A stretch of DNA of 34,688 nucleotides from Pyrobaculum sp. Lineage in GTDB: Archaea; Thermoproteota; Thermoprotei; Thermoproteales; Thermoproteaceae. Position 1 is the first letter of the stretch. The number at the start of each line of letters is the position of its first letter. This document shows, one piece after another, positions 28,280 through 34,688 of the stretch. Below the pieces are notes generated by a model. The model was not told the DNA's origin. It ran no database searches and was given only the letters and a program-made list of their open reading frames with translations. The translations under genes were made by a program, and so were the position numbers. Location of the stretch: contig JBKBOT010000016.1 in NCBI GenBank assembly GCA_046293555.1, positions 1-34,688 on the forward strand. Reading direction: 5' to 3'.

Positions 28280-29223
28280 TGAAAATATTTGCTCCGGGGG
28301 TCATCAAGCTTTTTGGAGAACACGCCGTGGTTTATGGAAAGCCCGCCATTGCCGCGACAATAGATAAAGGCGTCTATATCCACTGCGAGAAAGATAGCCG
28401 TCTGGCCGTCGAGACGGCGGGCGCCGTGGCCAGCCTCAGGTACTACCCGCTGGAAGAGAGATACGAGGCGGAGGGAGCCAGCCGTTTTTTTATATACGTC
28501 AAGACGGCGCTTGAAGTCGCAAGAGAGAGGTGGGGCCCACTATCTGCACGGTTTATAATACAAAGCGACTTGCCTCCAGCTGTAGGCGCCGCCACGTCAG
28601 CCGCAGTGTCTGTAGGCCTACTTAAGGCCTATTCCACATGTCTAGGTCTTGACGTAGAGCCGCTGGAGTTGGCCAGACTTGGACATAGGGTGGAGCTAGA
28701 GGTACAAGGCATCGCCTCGCCTATGGACACCACCACGGCCTCTCTCGGCGGCGTGTTGAAAATCTGGGCAAATCCCTTTAGGACAGAAAGACTTGAGGTA
28801 GACCTACCCCCCCTCTACATAGCCATCTTGCCTAGAAGCGGCACTACCGGCGAGATTGTAGCCGACGTAAAGAGGCTGTTGTCTAGACGTAAGTCGCTAA
28901 ATGCGGTAATAGAAGCCATAGGCCAGGTGGTAGAAGAGGCAGAACGATGCCTGGCGTCAAGTGACCTACAGTGTGTCGGCGAGTTGATGGAAATAAACAA
29001 CTGGCTTCTAGGCGCGTTAGGTGTAGTCGACAGAAGGGCTGTCGACCTTTTGGAAAACGCACGGCCCTTTATATATGGCGGCAAGATCAGCGGCGCCGGA
29101 AAAGGCGGCGTTGTGATACTACTGCCCAGAGAAGGGTCTGTGGAAAAGGTACTCCAGGCGGCAGGCGTTGTGTACTACAAGGCGAAACTCTGGAAAAGAG
29201 GAGTATCTGCCGTCGACTCATAG
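28279..29223 (+). CDS. mvk: Mevalonate kinase (GHMP family)
   Basis: APG.IKLFGEHAVVYG.PAIA, LPPAVGAATSAA, QG.AS..D and KISGAGKGG motifs. Confidence 0.93.
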   Translation: MKIFAPGVIKLFGEHAVVYGKPAIAATIDKGVYIHCEKDSRLAVETAGAVASLRYYPLEERYEAEGASRFFIYVKTALEVARERWGPLSARFIIQSDLPPAVGAATSAAVSVGLLKAYSTCLGLDVEPLELARLGHRVELEVQGIASPMDTTTASLGGVLKIWANPFRTERLEVDLPPLYIAILPRSGTTGEIVADVKRLLSRRKSLNAVIEAIGQVVEEAERCLASSDLQCVGELMEINNWLLGALGVVDRRAVDLLENARPFIYGGKISGAGKGGVVILLPREGSVEKVLQAAGVVYYKAKLWKRGVSAVDS

Positions 29224-29265
29224 CGGCGGCGTGGCTAGCCCCCTCTACATGCCGATGTCGACAGC

Positions 29266-29273
29266 TATATAAA
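29266..29273 (+). promoter_or_regulatory. TATA box of the nucleoside phosphorylase gene
   Basis: TATATAAA 20-27 nt upstream of ATG 29293. Confidence 0.55.
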
Positions 29274-29292
29274 GCCACCTGTTGGAAAAGAC

Positions 29293-30078
29293 ATGGCGAA
29301 AAGGCCGCAGGTAGGCGGCAAGACTTACCACCTACTGCTTGCGCCGGGAGACGTGGCCCGTTATGTATTACTGCCAGGAGATCCCGGCAGGGTGCCTCTT
29401 ATCGCGAAGTTTTGGCAAGACGCCAGAGAGGTGGCCCGCAATAGGGAGTTTGTCACCTGGGTTGGAAAATTTGGCGGCATCAAGCTGGCGGCTACCTCTA
29501 CCGGCATCGGCTCTGGCTCCACCGCCATAGCGGTAGAGGAGCTTCTCCAAGTAGGTGCCGACACCTTCATCCGCGTGGGCACCACCGGCGCCTTGAGGAG
29601 AGAGATCAGGCTGGGAGATCTAATTATCGGCACCGCCGCGGTGAGGTGGGACGGGGCCTCTAGGTGGTACGCCTTTCCGGAATACCCCGCGGCTGCCCAC
29701 TGGCTTGTGGTGAAGGCCCTTGTGGAGGCCGCGGAGTCTCTTGGCGTTAGACATCACGTGGGGGTTGTGGCATCTACAGACTCGTTCTATGTGGGCCAGG
29801 AGCGGCCTGGCCACGGCGGCTTTCTCCCCCATTGGGCGAGGGGGCTGGTGGAAACTTTGAGAGGTCTTAACGTGTTGTCTTTCGAAATGGAGTCAGCCAC
29901 TATCTTCACCCTTGCCTCGATCTACGGCGTAAGGGCTGGGGGGATATATGCGGCGATTGCCAACAGGGAGACAGACGAGTTTCAGCCAGAAGTTGGGGTA
30001 GAGGACGCCGTTAGGGTGGCCAACGAGGCGGTGAAGATCTTAGCGGCTTATGATAGTAAAGGTGGTACAAATCCGTGA
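29293..30078 (+). CDS. udp: Uridine phosphorylase / NP-I family nucleoside phosphorylase
   Basis: YHL, LPGDPGR, NREF, STGIG, IRVGTTG, DSFYVGQER and EMESA motifs. Confidence 0.88.
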   Translation: MAKRPQVGGKTYHLLLAPGDVARYVLLPGDPGRVPLIAKFWQDAREVARNREFVTWVGKFGGIKLAATSTGIGSGSTAIAVEELLQVGADTFIRVGTTGALRREIRLGDLIIGTAAVRWDGASRWYAFPEYPAAAHWLVVKALVEAAESLGVRHHVGVVASTDSFYVGQERPGHGGFLPHWARGLVETLRGLNVLSFEMESATIFTLASIYGVRAGGIYAAIANRETDEFQPEVGVEDAVRVANEAVKILAAYDSKGGTNP

Positions 30079-30283
30079 CGTGGCTATCCTGCAGGCTGAC
30101 GTCAAGCCATGTGGCGACGTGATTTATTTCACAATTAGGGGCATGGAGTGGGAGATATGCGGCAGGATTTACGAGTTTGAAGAAGAGCTGGAGTTTAGGA
30201 GGGGGCTGCTACTTCTAGGGGGGAGGCCGTATCTTGCAGAATGCGAAGGAGGCCGTTGCGTTGCGACAAGGGTACAGGTATAA
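30050..30283 (+). CDS. Small hypothetical protein
   Basis: 77-aa beta-rich ORF with 4 Cys, overlapping the udp end and filling the gap before the next gene. Confidence 0.65.
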   Translation: MIVKVVQIRDVAILQADVKPCGDVIYFTIRGMEWEICGRIYEFEEELEFRRGLLLLGGRPYLAECEGGRCVATRVQV

Positions 30284-30305
30284 AAATGAAGATAGTTCCC
30301 CCCTT

Positions 30306-30734
30306 ATGGAGTTAGCTGTGGCTGTATATAACATCAGCTCTGTCCCAAAGATGCTGGAATTTGCCAGAGTGACTTACGGCTTTGGCGTGCGGAGACTTGT
30401 GTTAGTTAAGGTCTTTGGCGCCGCCGCCCAGCAGATTGGCGACTTGTTTAAACTGGCGTTTAAGATGGGCGGCGAGGTGCTTGTATTTAACGATCTGGCC
30501 GACGCCGTGGAGGTCTTAAAGCCCGACGTGGTCTGTGCCCTGTCTAAGCCAGATGGGACTAGGGCTGTGGAGAAGGCGGGAGGCAAGATCTTGTTGCTAG
30601 TCCACGGCGCGGATCTTTCCTTCTCGCCGCGGGAGTTGCCCCAAGGGGCCCTCCTCTGTCATGCAGTAGAACGCGACATCGGCTCCGTGGGTCAGCTGGC
30701 AATCGCCTTATATAGGCTCACTACTCAACCCTAA
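30306..30734 (+). CDS. SPOUT-like putative RNA methyltransferase (DUF2122-type)
   Basis: YNISSV, GAAAQ, DL.DAVEVL.PD, GADLSFS..EL and IGSVGQLAIALY resemble SPOUT knot motifs. Start at ATG 30306. Confidence 0.7.
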   Translation: MELAVAVYNISSVPKMLEFARVTYGFGVRRLVLVKVFGAAAQQIGDLFKLAFKMGGEVLVFNDLADAVEVLKPDVVCALSKPDGTRAVEKAGGKILLLVHGADLSFSPRELPQGALLCHAVERDIGSVGQLAIALYRLTTQP

Positions 30735-31071
30735 TTTTTATCTCCTCCTCCACGTATTTTCTCGCATAAATTGTCAACACCCCCTGTCTATAGGCCGCCC
30801 TGGCTGTGGCGGGGTCTAGACGGAAGGGCAGTTTGACGTGTTTTAAATATCTCCTATCCCCCCGCGCCCCCTCGGCCCGTATATATGTCCCATCTTTAGA
30901 GATAGATAGCGAGATGTCGCTAGGCTCCAGCCCCGGCATGTCTATCTCTATACGCACCTCCTCGCCCTCCTCTAAGATCTTATAATCTCTTTTTTCTTTC
31001 TCTTCCAACACTTTTTGAAAAGATTTTGTAATTTCTTCAAGCGCCTTCCTGATCTCATCCATGTCTGTCAC
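30721..31071 (-). CDS. Small heat shock protein (Hsp20 family)
   Basis: IDMPGL, A.AAYRQGVLTI and C-terminal IRV motif. Start may be ATG 31062. Confidence 0.92.
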   Translation of the reverse strand: MTDMDEIRKALEEITKSFQKVLEEKEKRDYKILEEGEEVRIEIDMPGLEPSDISLSISKDGTYIRAEGARGDRRYLKHVKLPFRLDPATARAAYRQGVLTIYARKYVEEEIKIRVE

Positions 31072-31072
31072 C

Positions 31073-31975
31073 TTACTCCTTCTTAAATGTTTTTCCCACC
31101 GCCCTAGGCGGCTTTGCCCTTCCGATGACGCCCGCGACTATGAGGAGTGTGGCGAGATATGGAATCATCCTGGTGACCTCATACCTCACGCCGGGGGCCA
31201 GCGTCTGGATCCAGTACGACAGGGCGTCAAAAAACCCGAAGACAAACGCCCCGGCGGGTGCCAGTAGGGGGTTCCAGTTGGCAAAAACCACGTTGGCCAG
31301 GGCGATGAACCCACGGCCTGCAGATATGTCTTTAGTCACCACAGAGAGGTACGCAATACTTAGATATGCCCCCGCAATTGCCGTGAGTACAGAACCCACC
31401 ACTGTGGAGACTAGACGCATCTTGTTGACATCTATGCCCATGTTAAATGCCGCCTCTGGGTCCTCGCCGCACGCCCTTACGGCCATCCCCACCCTGGTTT
31501 TGTATAGTATAAACCACGTCGCGACGGCTAACGCCACAGCGAGGGCCACAAAGACGTGGGGGCTGGCCTTAGCCCAATCTGGCACAGGCCGGTAGCCCGC
31601 CACCCCCCAATACGCCTCGATGCCATAGGCCACAAGCCCCGCGCTGAAGAGATTTATGGCAACCCCGCTAATTATCTGGCTGCCCGCCAGATATGTGGAG
31701 ATATATCCATGTAGCATCCCGACTAACGCCCCCACAGCCGCCGCGCACGTCAAGGCCGCTAGAGGCCAGAACGGCTCCGGCAGAGAGACGCCCACCCTAT
31801 ATCTCAAAAAGTCTACAGATAGGGGGGCGGCCAGGGCGCCCAGCAGGAGGATCCCCTCTAGCCCTATGTTCACCACGCCGCTTCTTTCCGTGACGATCTC
31901 CCCAATAGACGCCAGTAGGATTGGGACCGCCGCCAGGGCGGCTTGAAGCGCCACTAGCGACAGTATTTCTATCAT
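31073..31975 (-). CDS. Nucleoside/sugar (CUT2) ABC transporter permease 2
   Basis: ERSGVVNIGLEG, RACGEDPEAA..MGIDV, GRGFIALA and IPYLATL motifs. Confidence 0.92.
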   Translation of the reverse strand: MIEILSLVALQAALAAVPILLASIGEIVTERSGVVNIGLEGILLLGALAAPLSVDFLRYRVGVSLPEPFWPLAALTCAAAVGALVGMLHGYISTYLAGSQIISGVAINLFSAGLVAYGIEAYWGVAGYRPVPDWAKASPHVFVALAVALAVATWFILYKTRVGMAVRACGEDPEAAFNMGIDVNKMRLVSTVVGSVLTAIAGAYLSIAYLSVVTKDISAGRGFIALANVVFANWNPLLAPAGAFVFGFFDALSYWIQTLAPGVRYEVTRMIPYLATLLIVAGVIGRAKPPRAVGKTFKKE

Positions 31976-32958
31976 CTCAACCTGGCGGCCAGGAGGAGTA
32001 TTATGAGGCCTTGTATAACTCTTACAAACTCAAAGGGCGTCCCCGCCTCTATTTGCATATGGCGTGCCCCCTCCTGCAGCAGCCCCAGAAATATCCCGGC
32101 GGCCAGAACCCCGATGGGGTGGCCTTGCCCCAACATGGCTGCCGTAATTCCGTCAAAACCCAGGCCGTAGACGTTAGCCATGTTTCTCATCAAGCTGTAA
32201 GACGGGGGCCGCGCCACGACCTGCAGTACGCCGGCCAGACCTGCGGCGATGGCGCCAAGCAGGAAAGCCAAGATGGTTGCCCGCCTTGGGTCAATGCCGT
32301 AGGACATGGCTGCCAGTGGGTTCTGTCCGCTTATAGAAATTCTGTACCCCCAAACGCTGTGGCGCATGACGAGATATGCCGCAATGGCGGCAATATATGC
32401 GATAAAGACGGCGGCCGTGAAGTCGGTGCCCGCCACCAGTGGCGTCAACCGCGCGGCTTCTGGAGCTTTTATAGACTCTTCAGGCTGCCTCGGGTTGTAA
32501 AACGCGGTGGAGACCAACATGATGGCCAGCCAGTAGGCAGTCCAGTTCATCATAATTGTGGTAACCACCTCGTTTACGCCCCTCAGGGCTTTCAACACCG
32601 CGGGCGCCAGGGCCCAGGCCGACGCCAGGGCGACGCCGAAAAGCACGGCTAGCGGCAGCGCGGTGAAGTCTTTTGCCAAATACGCCGCGGCGACTGCGCC
32701 CAGGGCCCCCATGTAGACCTGCCCCTCTCCGCCTATGTTAAAAAGGCCGGCTTTAAGCCCCAGGGCAAAAGTCAAGCCGGTGAGGACTATGGGGGCAGAG
32801 ATCGCCAGAGCCGACAGGAGGTATACATGGTCCCTAAATGGCGTGAGCAACATGGCGCCATATGAGACAAGGGGGCTGTAGCCAGATATCCACATGGCCA
32901 CGCCGCCTGCGAGAAACGCCAGAGCCAACGCCGTGGCTATACTTAACGCCGTCTTCAT
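31972..32958 (-). CDS. Nucleoside/sugar (CUT2) ABC transporter permease 1
   Basis: GLFNIGGEGQ, NEVVTTIMMN, G.NP.AA.SYGI and GFDGI motifs. Confidence 0.92.
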   Translation of the reverse strand: MKTALSIATALALAFLAGGVAMWISGYSPLVSYGAMLLTPFRDHVYLLSALAISAPIVLTGLTFALGLKAGLFNIGGEGQVYMGALGAVAAAYLAKDFTALPLAVLFGVALASAWALAPAVLKALRGVNEVVTTIMMNWTAYWLAIMLVSTAFYNPRQPEESIKAPEAARLTPLVAGTDFTAAVFIAYIAAIAAYLVMRHSVWGYRISISGQNPLAAMSYGIDPRRATILAFLLGAIAAGLAGVLQVVARPPSYSLMRNMANVYGLGFDGITAAMLGQGHPIGVLAAGIFLGLLQEGARHMQIEAGTPFEFVRVIQGLIILLLAARLR

Positions 32959-34379
32959 AACCCCGCCATCTTTCTCCCCACGAGATCTAGAGGCATTTCC
33001 TCCACAGGTCCGTAGGCCGTTATCCTGCCTCTATACATCACGGCGATAGAGTCGGCGAGTTTATACGCCTCATCTAAGTCGCTAGTTACCAACAGCACCC
33101 CCACGCCGCTGTTTCTAGCCCTTATCAGCTGTTGGTGGACATATTCCGTTGTGGCCACGTCGAGACCCCGCGTGGGCTGGTGGGCTATAATCAGCTGGGC
33201 CCCACGCCACATCTCTCGGCCAACTACTAGCTTCTGTTGGTTTCCGCCAGATAGCTGTCTCGCCAAGGCCCGGGGCCCGGGGGCCACGATGTGAAACTCG
33301 TCAATAATCCTTTCGGTGAATCGCCCCACTTCTCTCCAGGAGATAATTCCAAATTTTGCAAATCTGCCCTCCATCCCCAGTATGGCGTTTTCCATTAACG
33401 TAAGTTCTGTCAACAGAGCCTTTCTGTGCCTATCGTCGGGGATATATGCATAGCTGCCATATATCTTCACCATGCCTCTACCCCGCCTGACTCCCACAAC
33501 GGCCTCTACAAGCTCCTCCTGGCCATTTCCCTCAACCCCCACAATTGCCAAAATCTCTCTTTCTGACACATTTAGGCTGACGCCATGTACCACAGCCCTC
33601 CTGTGTTCATAAACCCACAGGTCTCTTATCTCTAGTGCCGGCCTCCCGGCGGGCTTGCCCACCTTCTCTACTCTCCCTACCTTAACCTCCCCAACCATGG
33701 CGTCAACCAGGTTGTTGACATTAAATGGCGGCGAGAATTCCGCCACCTTTACCCCACGCCGCAACACCACCGCCCTGTCTGCAACTTCTAACACCTCTGG
33801 GATCTTGTGGGTAATATACACCACCGCCCTCCCCCCCTCCTTTAGCCTCCTCACCACGTGGAAGAGGGCCCTCACCTCAGGTGGCGACAACACGGCAGTG
33901 GGCTCGTCTAGAATCAACACCCTCGCGCCCCAACATAGCGCCTTGACGATCTCCACTCTCTGCCTCATGGCCAGTGGGAGCTCCTCCACGTCTCTACCCC
34001 AATTAATCTCGAACCCTAACTCCTCGGCGATTTTTACAGCCTTTTCCTCCACCCCGCCGGCAGTAGGTCCTACAGCCAGCACTATGTTCTCCATGGCTGT
34101 AAGTCCGGGGATTACCGAGGGGTGTTGATGCACCATAGCTATGCCCAGCCTAGCCGCCTCTCTGGCGTTTCTAATAGTGGCCAACCTCCCGCCTATATAC
34201 ACCCTCCCGGAGGTGGGCCTATAGATGCCGGCCAGTATTTTCATCAAGGTGGTCTTCCCGGCGCCGTTTTCCCCCAGGAGGGCCACCACCTCCCGTGGGT
34301 AGATAGACAGGGTGACGCCCCTGAGCGCCTGTGTCCCGTCTGAAAAAACCTTACGTATTTCCTCAAGCCGGATTTCCAT
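32955..34379 (-). CDS. CUT2 ABC transporter ATP-binding protein (two ABC domains)
   Basis: GENGAGKTT, ILDEPT, GVEGNGQ, LSGGNQQK and QPTRGLD motifs. Start MEIRL at ATG 34379, overlapping the upstream TGA. Confidence 0.94.
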   Translation of the reverse strand: MEIRLEEIRKVFSDGTQALRGVTLSIYPREVVALLGENGAGKTTLMKILAGIYRPTSGRVYIGGRLATIRNAREAARLGIAMVHQHPSVIPGLTAMENIVLAVGPTAGGVEEKAVKIAEELGFEINWGRDVEELPLAMRQRVEIVKALCWGARVLILDEPTAVLSPPEVRALFHVVRRLKEGGRAVVYITHKIPEVLEVADRAVVLRRGVKVAEFSPPFNVNNLVDAMVGEVKVGRVEKVGKPAGRPALEIRDLWVYEHRRAVVHGVSLNVSEREILAIVGVEGNGQEELVEAVVGVRRGRGMVKIYGSYAYIPDDRHRKALLTELTLMENAILGMEGRFAKFGIISWREVGRFTERIIDEFHIVAPGPRALARQLSGGNQQKLVVGREMWRGAQLIIAHQPTRGLDVATTEYVHQQLIRARNSGVGVLLVTSDLDEAYKLADSIAVMYRGRITAYGPVEEMPLDLVGRKMAGL

Positions 34380-34688
34380 CAGCCGACAGCGCCGAGCCCC
34401 AGCTCTCTCCTCAAGCTGGCCACCTGTTCCTGAGTGGTGGGCAGCGGCACCTGTTCTCTCCCCGCCATTATGTCTTGTTTGAGCCGATCTACCGCCTCCC
34501 ATATCCAGCTGGGTATCTGGCCCCTCATGGCCTTCACGGCGGCTATAATCCTCTGCGCATCTTCAGGCCTGACGGCGCCAGCTCTCACCCCGATGTCGAT
34601 AAATTGCGTCAAGTCTTCTAACGTGCTTGCGCCGCCGCCCCCGGGGGGTTGGCGCGGCGCGGACGCGGCGCCGGGGGCGGGGGCCGCG
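34379..34688 (-). CDS. C-terminal part of the ABC substrate-binding protein (BMP/PnrA family), 5'-partial
   Basis: Frame is open to the window end. ...WEAVDRLKQDIMAGREQVP resembles a BMP C-terminus and lies directly upstream of the ATPase. The last ~55 nt look unreliable. Confidence 0.75.
   Translation of the reverse strand, partial: AAPAPGAASAPRQPPGGGGASTLEDLTQFIDIGVRAGAVRPEDAQRIIAAVKAMRGQIPSWIWEAVDRLKQDIMAGREQVPLPTTQEQVASLRRELGLGAVG

Noticed and set aside
31061-32652. Plus-strand ORFs of up to 243 aa opposite the permeases, and similar shadow ORFs elsewhere (e.g. 2017-2463, 18395-18979, 23110-23607, 26584-27153)
   Set aside because: They are antisense or alternate-frame shadows of well-supported genes and carry no motifs.
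34630-34688. Extremely GC-rich terminal stretch translating as AAPAPGAASAPRQPPGGGG
   Set aside because: Abrupt compositional break at the very end of the window inside a BMP-like gene. Most likely a low-quality contig end rather than a repeat or ncRNA; read mapping would settle it.

Overview
Core-genome region of a crenarchaeon of the order Thermoproteales, most likely a Pyrobaculum. This call is inferred from tRNA introns at non-canonical positions, a C/D guide aimed at tRNA C56, Elf1, Gins15 and an apparently leaderless promoter layout. The window holds an N-glycosylation group (GlmU-like, glmS, aglB) and the conserved TFS-PCNA-PriS-Gins15-eL44-eS27-aIF2a-Nop10 cluster. The eS19-PDCD5-eL39 and eL31-aIF6-eL20-PfdA-FtsY-SecE-Spt5-uL11-uL1-uL10 clusters are separated by about 10 kb of other genes. 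Lipid genes (GGGPS, mvk), a nucleoside phosphorylase and a BMP-type ABC importer are also present. Features missing from the ORF track: rpl39e, two intron-containing tRNAs (Val-GAC with two introns, Lys-CTT with one), three box C/D sRNAs and a 22-codon ORF ending in YWG. One sRNA is predicted to guide tRNA Cm56 and another to guide methylation in 23S helix 69. The best candidate for an undescribed system is the 22-aa ORF, which shares a palindromic bidirectional promoter with a radical SAM - Cys4 HhH-GPD glycosylase - TrpRS gene string. No CRISPR array, transposase or integrase was seen. All product calls come from motif recognition by eye; no database searches were run.
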